This document shows positions 41,393-53,973 of a stretch of DNA of 64,000 bases, piece by piece; position 1 is the stretch's first letter; each line of letters starts with the position of its first letter. Source of the stretch: Escherichia coli (lineage in GTDB: Bacteria; Pseudomonadota; Gammaproteobacteria; Enterobacterales; Enterobacteriaceae); the NCBI RefSeq assembly GCF_003334315.1, contig NZ_QOWR01000025.1; one strand, written 5' to 3'. The notes below the pieces were generated by a model. That model had not been told where the DNA came from. It worked only from the letters and a program-made list of their open reading frames with translations, and did no database searches. Both the position numbers and the translations under genes were made by a program.

Positions 41393-42817
41393 TTACTGCA
41401 TTAACAGGTAGATGGTGCTGTCGCCGCGCTGAATGTTGAGTGCCAGCACAGACGGTTTGCTGTCGAGAACTTTACGCAGTTCAGCGATGTTTTTCACTGC
41501 CTGCTGGTTCGCGCCAATAATCACATCACCTTTCTTCAGGCCGATCTGCGCAGCCGGAGTGCCCGTTTTCACGTTGTTCACTACCACGCCCTGATCTTTG
41601 CCTTTGTTGCTCATCTCAGCGCCTTCAATGCCGTTGAAGATGGAGCTGGAATCAACCTGATTCTGGCTGCTCTGCTGCAGTTCCAGGTTCACGTTAACCT
41701 GCTTACCGTCGCGCAGTAAGCCCAGGGTCAGTTTGCTGCCTACCGGCATAGTACCCACCTGAGCACGCAGTGCGGCAAAGCTGCTGATCGGCTTACCGTT
41801 CAGTGAGGTGATCACATCACCCGCTTTAATGCCCGCTTTTGCAGCGGAGGAATTAGGCAGAACCTGGCTTACGAAAGCACCGCGCTGGGCGTCAACTTTC
41901 ATCGCTTTCGCCAGTTCGGAGTTCAGCTCAGTCCCCATAATACCCAGCTCACCGCGTTTCACCTGGCCGTATTCCACCATCTGCGAGGTCAGGTTTTTCA
42001 CCATGTTACTCGGGATAGCAAAACCGATACCGATGTTGCCGCCGTCCGGTGCGAGGATCGCGGTGTTGATACCGATCAGTTCGCCGTTCAGGTTAACCAG
42101 CGCACCACCGGAGTTACCACGGTTGATCGCTGCATCGGTCTGGATGAAGTTTTCGTAGTTTTCGGCATTCAGGCCGCTACGCCCCAGCGCAGAGACAATC
42201 CCGGAAGTTACCGTCTCGCCCAGACCAAACGGGTTACCAATCGCTACGGTGTAATCACCCACGCGCAGTGCATCAGAATCCGCCATCTTAATTGCGGTCA
42301 GGTTTTTCGGGTTCTGGATTTGGATCAGCGCGATATCAGAGCGCGGATCTTTGCCAACCATCTTCGCGTCGAACTTACGGCCATCGCTCAGTTGAACTTT
42401 AATGACCGTCGCGTTATCAACAACGTGGTTGTTGGTGACGACATAGCCTTTATCGGCATCAATGATGACGCCGGAACCCAGCGCCATGAATTTCTGTTGC
42501 TGGCCGCCACCATTACCGCCCTGGCCACCCTGGCAGAACGGAGAGCTCTGGAACGGAGAACCTTCCTGGCAGAACGGAGAATCATCACCGAAGAACTGCT
42601 GGAAATTACGCGGCATACGCGGCGTATTAACGGTTGTGCTACCTTCTACGTTAATGCTGACCACTGAAGGCATCACCTTTTCGAGCATCGGTGCAAGGCT
42701 TGGCATCTGCTGGGCTGTCGTTGCTGAAGAAGTCTCAGCCGCCGTTGCAGAGAGCGGAGATAACGCCAAACCTAAACTCAGAGCCAGTGCACTCAGTGCT
42801 AATGTGGTTTTTTTCAT
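41393..42817 (-). CDS. degP: periplasmic serine endoprotease/chaperone DegP (HtrA)
   Basis: 474-aa ORF with signal peptide, trypsin-like catalytic domain (GNSGG) and two PDZ domains. Confidence 0.97.
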   Translation of the reverse strand: MKKTTLALSALALSLGLALSPLSATAAETSSATTAQQMPSLAPMLEKVMPSVVSINVEGSTTVNTPRMPRNFQQFFGDDSPFCQEGSPFQSSPFCQGGQGGNGGGQQQKFMALGSGVIIDADKGYVVTNNHVVDNATVIKVQLSDGRKFDAKMVGKDPRSDIALIQIQNPKNLTAIKMADSDALRVGDYTVAIGNPFGLGETVTSGIVSALGRSGLNAENYENFIQTDAAINRGNSGGALVNLNGELIGINTAILAPDGGNIGIGFAIPSNMVKNLTSQMVEYGQVKRGELGIMGTELNSELAKAMKVDAQRGAFVSQVLPNSSAAKAGIKAGDVITSLNGKPISSFAALRAQVGTMPVGSKLTLGLLRDGKQVNVNLELQQSSQNQVDSSSIFNGIEGAEMSNKGKDQGVVVNNVKTGTPAAQIGLKKGDVIIGANQQAVKNIAELRKVLDSKPSVLALNIQRGDSTIYLLMQ

Positions 42818-42859
42818 GTATTTCAGTCTCGATTAACAGATAACGCAAAATTGCTGTGT

Positions 42860-42892
42860 TCTTCAGATTCGTTTTATAGCCTGAAGTTCCGA
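42860..42892 (-). promoter_or_regulatory. sigma-E (RpoE) dependent degP promoter
   Basis: Minus strand reads GGAACTTcaggctataaaacgaaTCTGAagaacac: a sigma-E -35 GGAACTT (complement of 42884-42890) and -10 TCTGA (complement of 42864-42868); GTAAA/TTTAC motifs upstream (42911-42941) are consistent with a CpxR site. Confidence 0.8.
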
Positions 42893-42946
42893 ACTAAAGT
42901 TTCTGCAAAAGGTAAAAATTTATTGTTCGTCTTTACAAAAGCCTGG

Positions 42947-44464
42947 TTATTGTTCTACGGCCATCAGACGTCGGTATTCATCCCACGCATAGAGGTCGGT
43001 CATACCGCTGATATAATCCTGCAGCAGGCGGCAACGGTAATAATATTCCCATAGCGGAAACTCAGGAGAATCTGACGGTAATTTACTGACAGCCTCGACA
43101 TAGGCCAGCCGATGGCGCGTCGAGAGTTTGTGGAATAAGCGCGATTCAATAGGGAAACGTTTCACCCGTTCTTTTTCTACCAGTTCAGTAAAGTCTGATA
43201 ACGACAGGCTTAATAAAGGACGATAAATCTCTAATAATCCGCTAATGACCCGATAGCCCTGCAATTCAAGCTGCTCGACATCTGGATGGCTAAACACATG
43301 TTTTACAGCGACATTTTTATATAGCTTAAGAAGATCGCTGCATTCGCTGGCATCTTCCAATAATGCATGATTAAACGTTCCGGCGAAAATCGCAGGCAGA
43401 TTATCAATAAATCGTTGTGCCGCGTAGGGTACCAGTTTATTTAGGGTGTTTACCCGTAAATACATAAAAAACTGATCTTCCGTACTGCGGCTTAAACTAT
43501 TTGAGCGTGATTTTTCCCAGGCATTTTCAACCACCAGCGAAAAGAGCGAACCTTTCTCATGCTGGCCCCACGCTTCGTGCAAATGATGATAAAGCTGCTC
43601 AACGGTAAATATTCTTTTCTCTACCGCATCTTCAAGGTCTGCCACACAATAGGAGATGTCGTCGGCAGCTTCCATAATCCACGTTAATGGAAAACGACTG
43701 TAAAGCGCCAAATTAAGTTCTTTACGCAACCGGGCAATATAGGCTTCTTCAGAAAGATAATAACCCGGCTTTTTCATTAAATAGTGATGTGTCTCAGGCG
43801 TTTCGCCACGCCACCACGCCGGACGGGTATATTTTAAAATACCGCCAACCTGTGCCCAGGTGAGATTCATCCGCATCAATGTATGCACCAGGCGAATGCC
43901 TTGTGCATTCCCCTCAAAATGACATAAGTCCTGACGAATCTTGCGCCGCAGCTCGTTAAGCGGTTCTTCCCCGTCCCGTAAACGTAGTGCCGCCACGCTG
44001 CAGCGATCGTCAGTCAGAGGCTGGCTTTCGGCATCTTCCGGGTGCAAACGTTGGCGAAACCAGTCATTTATCGCCGCTTCGCCAAAATGACCAAACGGCG
44101 GATTGCCGATATCGTGCATCAGGCATGACATCTCAACAATGCTTTCAAAGGGACCGGTCAGTTCATCCAGGCCGTATGCTTCCAGTAATTTAAGCTCTTT
44201 CAGACGGCTTAAAATTTCTTTGGCGATGTAGCGCCCCACCTGCTGGACTTCCATCGAGTGGGTAAGACGCGTGCGCACGGCGGCATTGCGCTCCAGTGGA
44301 AAAACCTGGGTCTTTTGTTGCAGACGACGAATTGCCGGAGAGTTGATGATACGCCCGCGATCGCTCTCGAAGATCCGCAGGATCTCATGTTCGGTTTTAA
44401 CGCCCTGCGGTGAACGGTAACGACGATGCCAGTTTATTTTTTTTCGGAAATCAATCTGTGCCAT
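42947..44464 (-). CDS. dgt: dGTP triphosphohydrolase
   Basis: 505-aa ORF with HD-domain motifs. Confidence 0.95.
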
Positions 44465-44547
44465 GTCCTCTCCCGCGTGAGAAATACGCTTCCCCGTAAG
44501 CGCATGGTAAACTATGCCTTCAAATCGGGCTTATCGCGAGTAAATCT

Positions 44548-45246
44548 ATGAAAATCGGCATCATTGGTGCAATGGAAGAAGAAGTTACGCTGCTGCGTGA
44601 CAAAATCGAAAACCGTCAAACTATCAGTCTCGGCGGTTGCGAAATCTATACCGGCCAACTGAATGGAACCGAGGTTGCGCTTCTGAAATCGGGCATCGGT
44701 AAAGTCGCTGCGGCGCTGGGTGCCACTTTGCTGTTGGAACACTGCAAGCCAGATGTGATTATTAACACCGGTTCTGCCGGTGGCCTGGCACCAACGTTGA
44801 AAGTGGGCGATATCGTTGTCTCGGACGAAGCACGTTATCACGACGCGGATGTCACGGCATTTGGTTATGAATACGGTCAGTTACCAGGCTGTCCGGCAGG
44901 CTTTAAAGCTGACGATAAACTGATCGCTGCCGCTGAGGCCTGCATTGCCGAACTGAATCTTAACGCTGTACGTGGCCTGATTGTTAGCGGCGACGCTTTC
45001 ATCAACGGTTCTGTTGGTCTGGCGAAAATCCGCCACAACTTCCCACAGGCCATTGCTGTAGAGATGGAAGCGACGGCAATCGCCCATGTCTGCCACAATT
45101 TCAACGTCCCGTTTGTTGTCGTACGCGCCATCTCCGACGTGGCCGATCAACAGTCTCATCTTAGCTTCGATGAGTTCCTGGCTGTTGCCGCTAAACAGTC
45201 CAGCCTGATGGTTGAGTCACTGGTGCAGAAACTTGCACATGGCTAA
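44548..45246 (+). CDS. mtnN: 5'-methylthioadenosine/S-adenosylhomocysteine nucleosidase
   Basis: 232-aa ORF ([12 protein letters not shown]...), PNP/UDP phosphorylase fold. Confidence 0.96.
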   Translation: MKIGIIGAMEEEVTLLRDKIENRQTISLGGCEIYTGQLNGTEVALLKSGIGKVAAALGATLLLEHCKPDVIINTGSAGGLAPTLKVGDIVVSDEARYHDADVTAFGYEYGQLPGCPAGFKADDKLIAAAEACIAELNLNAVRGLIVSGDAFINGSVGLAKIRHNFPQAIAVEMEATAIAHVCHNFNVPFVVVRAISDVADQQSHLSFDEFLAVAAKQSSLMVESLVQKLAHG

Positions 45247-46039
45247 GTCACTGTTCAGGGCGCTGGTCGCCCTGTCTTTTCTTGCGCCACTGTGGCTCAA
45301 CGCCGCGCCGCGCGTCATCACGCTTTCTCCCGCCAACACTGAACTTGCCTTTGCCGCCGGGATCACGCCGGTTGGGGTCAGCAGCTATTCCGACTATCCT
45401 CCACAAGCGCAAAAGATTGAGCAGGTTTCCACCTGGCAGGGGATGAATCTGGAACGCATTGTCGCGCTGAAACCCGATCTGGTGATTGCCTGGCGTGGAG
45501 GTAATGCCGAGCGGCAGGTTGACCAGCTGGCTTCGCTGGGAATAAAAGTGATGTGGGTCGATGCGACAAGCATTGAACAAATTGCCAATGCGTTACGTCA
45601 ACTGGCCCCCTGGAGTCCGCAACCAGACAAGGCCGAACAAGCCGCGCAATCCCTGCTGGATCAGTACGCGCAATTGAAAGCGCAATATGCTGATAAACCT
45701 AAAAAACGTGTTTTTCTGCAATTCGGCATTAATCCGCCATTTACCAGTGGAAAAGAGTCGATTCAGAACCAGGTACTCGAAGTTTGTGGCGGAGAAAACA
45801 TCTTTAAAGACAGCCGGGTTCCCTGGCCGCAAGTTAGCCGCGAACAGGTGTTAGCACACTCGCCACAGGCGATTGTCATTACAGGCGGACCGGACCAAAT
45901 TCCTAAAATCAAACAATACTGGGGTGAACAGCTCAAAATTCCCGTTATTCCTCTCACGAGTGACTGGTTTGAACGTGCAAGCCCACGTATTATCCTCGCT
46001 GCACAACAGCTCTGTAATGCGCTTTCACAGGTAGATTAG
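45239..46039 (+). CDS. btuF: vitamin B12-binding periplasmic protein
   Basis: 266 aa from [14 protein letters not shown] with signal peptide; overlaps the mtn 3' end by 8 bp; the ORF track adds 9 upstream codons. Confidence 0.9.
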   Translation: MAKSLFRALVALSFLAPLWLNAAPRVITLSPANTELAFAAGITPVGVSSYSDYPPQAQKIEQVSTWQGMNLERIVALKPDLVIAWRGGNAERQVDQLASLGIKVMWVDATSIEQIANALRQLAPWSPQPDKAEQAAQSLLDQYAQLKAQYADKPKKRVFLQFGINPPFTSGKESIQNQVLEVCGGENIFKDSRVPWPQVSREQVLAHSPQAIVITGGPDQIPKIKQYWGEQLKIPVIPLTSDWFERASPRIILAAQQLCNALSQVD

Positions 46040-46076
46040 CGCCTGACCTTTTCAGGTGCTCAGTGGGGATTGAACA

Positions 46077-46700
46077 ATGCTCGTCTATTGGCTGGATATA
46101 GTCGGCACAGCGGTATTTGCCATCTCCGGCGTTTTGTTAGCCGGAAAATTGCGTATGGACCCTTTTGGTGTTCTGGTACTGGGCGTGGTAACCGCAGTAG
46201 GCGGCGGGACAATTCGCGACATGGCGCTGGATCACGGCCCGGTATTTTGGGTGAAAGATCCCACCGATCTGGTCGTTGCAATGGTCACCAGCATGCTGAC
46301 CATCGTGCTGGTGCGCCAGCCAAGACGCTTACCAAAATGGATGTTGCCGGTGCTGGACGCCGTTGGTCTGGCGGTGTTTGTCGGCATTGGCGTGAATAAA
46401 GCCTTTAATGCGGAAGCCGGTCCGTTAATCGCGGTTTGTATGGGCGTCATTACTGGCGTTGGCGGCGGGATCATTCGTGATGTTCTGGCCCGCGAAATCC
46501 CCATGATTTTACGTACAGAAATCTACGCAACTGCCTGTATTATCGGCGGTATTGTCCACGCTACGGCTTATTACACATTTTCCGTACCACTGGAAACAGC
46601 CAGTATGATGGGCATGGTCGTGACGCTATTGATTCGGCTGGCGGCTATTCGTTGGCATCTTAAGCTACCGACGTTTGCGCTGGATGAGAATGGGCGTTGA
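46077..46700 (+). CDS. yadS: UPF0126 inner membrane protein YadS
   Basis: 207-aa hydrophobic ORF with an internally duplicated glycine-rich motif (GGGTIRD / GGGIIRD). Confidence 0.88.
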   Translation: MLVYWLDIVGTAVFAISGVLLAGKLRMDPFGVLVLGVVTAVGGGTIRDMALDHGPVFWVKDPTDLVVAMVTSMLTIVLVRQPRRLPKWMLPVLDAVGLAVFVGIGVNKAFNAEAGPLIAVCMGVITGVGGGIIRDVLAREIPMILRTEIYATACIIGGIVHATAYYTFSVPLETASMMGMVVTLLIRLAAIRWHLKLPTFALDENGR

Positions 46701-46710
46701 AGAGAGAAGA

Positions 46711-46735
46711 TGTGCCGGATAGTTTATCCGGCACA
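46711..46735. terminator. hairpin between convergent yadS and erpA
   Basis: tgtgccggatagtttatccggcaca palindrome between the two stop codons; flanking T tracts are weak. Confidence 0.4.
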
Positions 46736-46746
46736 TGAACAACAGA

Positions 46747-47091
46747 TTAGATACTAAAGGAAGAACCGCAACCGCAGGTGCTTTTCGCGTTCGGGTTGGT
46801 CACGATGAAACGAGAACCTTCCAGACCTTCGGTATAATCAACGGAACCGCCGACCAGATATTGCAGGCTCATCGGATCAACCACCAGGCCAACGCCCTGT
46901 TTTTCGATGGTCATATCGCCTTCGTTCACCTGATCATCAAAGGTGAAACCATACTGGAAGCCGCTGCAACCGCCACCGGTGATATACACGCGTAATTTCA
47001 GATTCGGGTTATCTTCGTCAGCGATCAGGCTTTTAACTTTGTTGGCTGCTGCGTCGGTAAACTCCAGCGGCAGTGCTACGTCATCACTCAT
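46747..47091 (-). CDS. erpA: iron-sulfur cluster insertion protein ErpA (A-type carrier)
   Basis: 114 aa from [11 protein letters not shown] with the C-terminal CGCGSSF motif; the ORF track adds 15 upstream codons. Confidence 0.92.
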
Positions 47092-47172
47092 ATTTTGCTC
47101 CAAACGACATCGGCAATTGGGCAAATTATAACCCAATAATAATCGCCATTATCTAATACCCTGGTATTTCGT

Positions 47173-48612
<1,440 letters not shown>

Positions 48613-48818
48613 TCATACAAATAAGATGACGGCATTTTACTCGCACGTTCCATGAAAATCCTTTGCAAAGCGTAATGTTTCAAATGCACAAAACTTTTAT
48701 ACTCTAAGAAATCAGGATTGCACCAGTACAAGCAGCCTGATGTTTGACGAGTATTTAACTTGTTATGAATAACATAGAATAGCAGCCATTCACTTTTTCT
48801 ACGAATCAGGAACCCTCC

Positions 48819-50099
48819 ATGAGTAAGTCTGAAAATCTTTACAGCGCAGCGCGCGAGCTGATCCCTGGCGGTGTGAACTCCCCTGTTCGCGCCTTTACTG
48901 GCGTGGGCGGCACTCCACTGTTTATCGAAAAAGCGGACGGCGCTTATCTGTACGATGTTGATGGCAAAGCCTATATCGATTATGTCGGTTCCTGGGGGCC
49001 GATGGTGCTGGGCCATAACCATCCGGCAATCCGCAATGCCGTGATTGAAGCCGCCGAGCGTGGTTTAAGCTTTGGTGCACCAACCGAAATGGAAGTGAAA
49101 ATGGCGCAACTGGTGACCGAACTGGTCCCGACCATGGATATGGTGCGCATGGTGAACTCCGGCACTGAAGCGACCATGAGCGCCATCCGCCTGGCCCGTG
49201 GTTTTACCGGTCGCGACAAAATTATTAAATTTGAAGGGTGTTACCATGGTCACGCTGACTGCCTGCTGGTGAAAGCCGGTTCTGGCGCACTCACGTTAGG
49301 CCAGCCAAACTCGCCGGGCGTTCCGGCAGATTTCGCCAAACATACCTTAACCTGTACTTATAATGATCTGGCTTCTGTACGCGCCGCATTTGAGCAATAC
49401 CCGCAAGAGATTGCCTGTATTATCGTCGAGCCGGTGGCAGGCAATATGAACTGTGTTCCGCCGCTGCCAGAGTTCCTGCCAGGTCTGCGCGCGCTGTGCG
49501 ACGAATTTGGCGCGTTGCTGATCATCGATGAAGTGATGACCGGTTTCCGCGTAGCGCTAGCTGGCGCACAGGATTATTACGGCGTAGTGCCAGATTTAAC
49601 CTGCCTCGGCAAAATCATCGGCGGTGGAATGCCGGTAGGCGCATTCGGTGGTCGTCGTGATGTAATGGATGCGCTGGCCCCGACGGGTCCGGTCTATCAG
49701 GCGGGTACGCTTTCCGGTAACCCGATTGCGATGGCAGCGGGTTTCGCCTGTCTGAATGAAGTCGCGCAGCCGGGCGTTCACGAAACGCTGGATGAGCTGA
49801 CAACACGTCTGGCAGAAGGTCTGCTGGAAGCGGCAGAAGAAGCCGGAATTCCGCTGGTCGTTAACCACGTTGGCGGCATGTTCGGTATTTTCTTTACCGA
49901 CGCCGAGTCCGTGACGTGCTATCAGGATGTGATGGCCTGTGACGTGGAACGCTTTAAGCGTTTCTTCCATATGATGCTGGACGAAGGTGTTTACCTGGCA
50001 CCGTCAGCGTTTGAAGCGGGCTTTATGTCCGTGGCGCACAGCATGGAAGATATCAATAACACCATCGATGCTGCACGTCGGGTGTTTGCGAAGTTGTGA
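48819..50099 (+). CDS. hemL: glutamate-1-semialdehyde 2,1-aminomutase
   Basis: 426-aa class III aminotransferase. Confidence 0.96.
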   Translation: MSKSENLYSAARELIPGGVNSPVRAFTGVGGTPLFIEKADGAYLYDVDGKAYIDYVGSWGPMVLGHNHPAIRNAVIEAAERGLSFGAPTEMEVKMAQLVTELVPTMDMVRMVNSGTEATMSAIRLARGFTGRDKIIKFEGCYHGHADCLLVKAGSGALTLGQPNSPGVPADFAKHTLTCTYNDLASVRAAFEQYPQEIACIIVEPVAGNMNCVPPLPEFLPGLRALCDEFGALLIIDEVMTGFRVALAGAQDYYGVVPDLTCLGKIIGGGMPVGAFGGRRDVMDALAPTGPVYQAGTLSGNPIAMAAGFACLNEVAQPGVHETLDELTTRLAEGLLEAAEEAGIPLVVNHVGGMFGIFFTDAESVTCYQDVMACDVERFKRFFHMMLDEGVYLAPSAFEAGFMSVAHSMEDINNTIDAARRVFAKL

Positions 50100-50108
50100 T
50101 CCAGCATG

Positions 50109-50245
<137 letters not shown>

Positions 50246-50256
50246 ATATGGAAAAA

Positions 50257-52239
50257 TTAACGGCTCTGCTTTCTCAACAAATAGATAAAATATGGCGCGC
50301 CGATAAAGGTTGACAGCAGCCCCGCCGGGATCTGGAATGGAAACAGCACCATCCGCCCACACCAGTCAGCGAACACCAGCAGTAAACCACCCACCAGCGC
50401 CGAAATTACGATGTGTGGCATCGTCCGTCGAAAGCCCATCATCCGCGCAATATGCGGTGCCATTAAACCAACAAAACTCAACGGTCCAATAGTCATCGTC
50501 GCGGTCGCCGTCAGGCAAGCCGCTAACAGCAGCAGCGCAATTCGCGTCGGCGTCAGCGCCATTCCTACGGCTCGGGCGGTATCACCACCCAGCGGTAAAA
50601 TGGTCAGCCAGCGGCGGCACAGCGGGGTAATCGCCAGCAAAATCACCATCACAATTCCGGTGCGCCAGACCTGCGCATCGGTCGCGTTGTAGGTCGAACC
50701 GGAAATCCAGGTCAGCACTTGCGCCATTCGCGGGTCACCACTTGCCTGCAACATCATCAAAAGCATGGTGAACGCGGTGCTTAACGCCATCCCCGCCAGT
50801 AACATACGGTGTGGGGAAAATCCACCGCGGCCGGCGGCGATCATAATGATCAACAGCGTCACCGCCGCGCCGAGACTGCCTGCAGGTAACAGCCAGCCAA
50901 AGGCATTACCCGGCACCAGAAACAGCATCAACACCACGCCAAACGCCGCGCCGGAGCTAATCCCCAGCACTTCCGGGCTTGCCATCGGGTTTCCGGTCAG
51001 TCGCTGAATAATACAGCCCGCCACCGCCAGCATGACGCCCGCAAACAGCGCCGCCATAATTCGCGGCCAGCGCCAGGGCATTAAATCCTCGAGCAACGCC
51101 CCGCTCGCCCACGTCCAGCCGTGCGCATCACGACCAAACGACAGCGCCACCACCACAGCCATCAACAGCAGCACGCCGCCCGCGAGGGCAAACGCCAGCA
51201 CATGTTGGCGTTCAGCCGCGACACGATCGTTGACCTTCATATCCGGCGCGCTAATGCTGCGTAAACGCGGCAACAGCCACAGTAGCAGCGGCGCACCGAT
51301 CAACGCAGTGACCGAACCGGTGGACACTTCCATCCACACGCGAGTCAGCCAGAGGATGATTTGATCGGAAAGCCAGAGGATCAGCGCACCAATCAACGAC
51401 GCCAGCATCAGTCGTGGCAGCAGACGCCGCGCCCCCAGCATTTTTGCCAGCAGCGGCGCGAACAACCCGATAAAGCCGATAATCCCCACAGCGTTCACCA
51501 GCAGCGCACTGATGACAATCGCCAGCGACAGCGCCGCCAGACGCGCAAGCGACAAGGCCAGCCCGAGATTGCGCGCCACGCCATCATCAAGCCCCATCAG
51601 GGTTAACGGACGAAGTAGCAGCAACGTCAGCATCACACCGCCCAGCAACTGCGGCCATAAACGCTCAACACCGCCCCAGTCGGTTTGCGTCAGCGTTCCA
51701 GTGCTCCACAGAAACATGCTTTGCAACTGGTCATGATGGAAGATAACCAGTAACTGATTGATTGCCCCACAATAAAGGCTCACTACCAGCCCCGCGAGAA
51801 TCAGCGTAACCGGCGAAAGCCGTTTCCCCCACGCGACGCCAAAGACAATTAAGCCAACAACGCAAGCCCCTGCCAGCGCAGCAAACTGGCTCGCCATAGC
51901 ACCGGGGATCGCCCAGAGCGTGGTGACGGTAATCCCCAGTTGCGCGCCTGTAGCAACGCCCAACGTCGTCGGTTCCGCCAGCGGGTTACGCAGCACTTGC
52001 TGAAACAGCACGCCCACCAGCCCCAGGCCCGCGCCCACCAGTAGAGAAATCGCCAGACGTGGTAACAAGCTGTAGTGAAAAATCATCTGCTCGATGACGT
52101 TAATATCCGGCGACCAGGCGGCCTGCGCCCACTGGCTACGCGGCAGCGCCTGCGAAAAGTTCATCCAGGTCAGCGCCGTAGCGACAATCACCAGCAGCGC
52201 CAGCAATAACGCCGGAAAAAGCGCAATTCGTTTACTCAC
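50257..52239 (-). CDS. fhuB: ferric hydroxamate ABC transporter permease (duplicated permease domains)
   Basis: 660-aa polytopic ORF. Confidence 0.95.
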   Translation of the reverse strand: MSKRIALFPALLLALLVIVATALTWMNFSQALPRSQWAQAAWSPDINVIEQMIFHYSLLPRLAISLLVGAGLGLVGVLFQQVLRNPLAEPTTLGVATGAQLGITVTTLWAIPGAMASQFAALAGACVVGLIVFGVAWGKRLSPVTLILAGLVVSLYCGAINQLLVIFHHDQLQSMFLWSTGTLTQTDWGGVERLWPQLLGGVMLTLLLLRPLTLMGLDDGVARNLGLALSLARLAALSLAIVISALLVNAVGIIGFIGLFAPLLAKMLGARRLLPRLMLASLIGALILWLSDQIILWLTRVWMEVSTGSVTALIGAPLLLWLLPRLRSISAPDMKVNDRVAAERQHVLAFALAGGVLLLMAVVVALSFGRDAHGWTWASGALLEDLMPWRWPRIMAALFAGVMLAVAGCIIQRLTGNPMASPEVLGISSGAAFGVVLMLFLVPGNAFGWLLPAGSLGAAVTLLIIMIAAGRGGFSPHRMLLAGMALSTAFTMLLMMLQASGDPRMAQVLTWISGSTYNATDAQVWRTGIVMVILLAITPLCRRWLTILPLGGDTARAVGMALTPTRIALLLLAACLTATATMTIGPLSFVGLMAPHIARMMGFRRTMPHIVISALVGGLLLVFADWCGRMVLFPFQIPAGLLSTFIGAPYFIYLLRKQSR

Positions 52240-53126
52240 GCTTTACCTCCGATGGCGTTATCCAGAACGCGCACAAAGTGCATTGCCGAGAGCGTCGCAC
52301 CATAAAACCAGACTGCGGGTACGCGCTGAAAGCGTCCGGCGCGGACAAACGGCATGGCCTGCCACAGCGGGGTTGCCATTAGCGCGTCCATGTCTTTGCT
52401 GTTGTCGTGATCAAAACAGAGCACATCAACATCTTTATACGCCGCCAGACGATCGATGCTGACGGCGGTACTGCCCCAGAAGTTGGTTTCCCCTTGCCAG
52501 GCATTTGGGATGCCGTACTCATCAAGAATTTCCTGAAACAAGCTGTTTGGACCGAAAACCAGCATATGGCGCGGATCGATAAGCGTCGTCAGCAATAACG
52601 GGCGTTCACCACGCTTCACAAAGCGGGGTTTCATGCTGCGGATAAAGTCTTCATAGTGCGCTAAATGCGTTTCTGCTGCGCTTTGCAGGTTAAGTAAATC
52701 TGCCATTTCCGTCAGTGACTTACGCGCCATCGCCAGCGGCTGTTTGCCATCGCTGAAGTTAAATCCACGCCCCGGCGCAATACGAGCCAGCATTTCTGGT
52801 GAAGGGCCATATCCTGCCGACCAGACCATAAACGACGGTTTCATTTCGGTCAGCAGTTCAAGGTTAGGTTCTGTGCGCAAACCGACGTCGATCACTGAGT
52901 CCGGCAATGGTGGTTCGCTGACCCACAGGCGATAGTTGATGGTATCCGCCACGCCGTAAGGCACGATGCCGAGCGCCAGCAGTAATTCCACCGGCAACCA
53001 CTCCAGCGCCACAATACGATTGGGATCAATAGCCGCCGCGTGGGCGGTATTCATCTGCCATAACAACGGAGAAAGCGCCATCGCCGTTAACAGTCGACGG
53101 CGCGAAATAAGAGGTAAGCCGCTCAT
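52236..53126 (-). CDS. fhuD: ferric hydroxamate periplasmic binding protein
   Basis: About 296-aa ORF with a twin-arginine-like signal (SRRRLL); overlaps the fhuB and fhuC junctions. Confidence 0.93.
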   Translation of the reverse strand: MSGLPLISRRRLLTAMALSPLLWQMNTAHAAAIDPNRIVALEWLPVELLLALGIVPYGVADTINYRLWVSEPPLPDSVIDVGLRTEPNLELLTEMKPSFMVWSAGYGPSPEMLARIAPGRGFNFSDGKQPLAMARKSLTEMADLLNLQSAAETHLAHYEDFIRSMKPRFVKRGERPLLLTTLIDPRHMLVFGPNSLFQEILDEYGIPNAWQGETNFWGSTAVSIDRLAAYKDVDVLCFDHDNSKDMDALMATPLWQAMPFVRAGRFQRVPAVWFYGATLSAMHFVRVLDNAIGGKA

Positions 53127-53923
53127 CAATAAACAAAACTCACAGGTGCAGCACCCGCCGGATGCGGCAAAATACCCATCGGGATGCCATAAATCATTTC
53201 GAGGGTTTCGCCGCGCATAATTTCCGCAGGCGTTCCCTGAGCAATCATTTCACCGCCGCGCAGGGCGACCAGATAATCACAGTAGCGTGCCGCCATATTG
53301 ATATCGTGCAACACGGCAATGACCGTCAGGCCACGCTCCTGACTTAAACGGTGCACCAGCGACAGCACATCAACCTGGTGGGCGATATCCAGCGCCGAGG
53401 TCGGTTCGTCGAGCAACAGACAACGGCTATCCTGCGCCACCAGCATGGCGATCCACGCCCGCTGACGTTCGCCGCCAGAGAGACTATCGACCAGCCGATG
53501 CGCCAGCGGTTTTAAGCCAACCAGCGAGATAGCTTCCTCGACTTTTTCGCGATCTGCCGCCCCAAAGCGCCCCAGCGCGCCATGCCACGGGTAACGACCA
53601 ATCGCCACCAGTTCACGCACGGTCATCCCTTCTGCCGGAGGAAGCTGCTGCGGCAAATAAGCCACTTTGCGGGCAAACGCTTTGCTGCTCCAGCTTTCCA
53701 GCGGTTGGGCATCAAGAAGAATCTCCCCTTCCGACGGCGGCTGATGACGGCCAAGCATTTTGAGCAGAGTGGATTTACCAGAACCGTTGTGACCAATCAG
53801 ACCGGTCACTTTCCCGGCAGGAAAGGTTAACGACAGCGGATGCAAAAGCGTGCGCCCGGGCACACGAAAGGAGATATTACGCAGTGCAAAAGTGGTATCG
53901 GAATGATTCGTGTATTCCTGCAT
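53126..53923 (-). CDS. fhuC: ferric hydroxamate ABC transporter ATP-binding protein
   Basis: 265 aa from MQEYTNHSD with Walker A GHNGSGKST; the ORF track adds 14 upstream codons. Confidence 0.93.
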   Translation of the reverse strand: MQEYTNHSDTTFALRNISFRVPGRTLLHPLSLTFPAGKVTGLIGHNGSGKSTLLKMLGRHQPPSEGEILLDAQPLESWSSKAFARKVAYLPQQLPPAEGMTVRELVAIGRYPWHGALGRFGAADREKVEEAISLVGLKPLAHRLVDSLSGGERQRAWIAMLVAQDSRCLLLDEPTSALDIAHQVDVLSLVHRLSQERGLTVIAVLHDINMAARYCDYLVALRGGEMIAQGTPAEIMRGETLEMIYGIPMGILPHPAGAAPVSFVY

Positions 53924-53973
53924 AACAGCCAACTTGTGAAATGGGCACGGAAATCCGTGCCCCAAAAGAGAAA

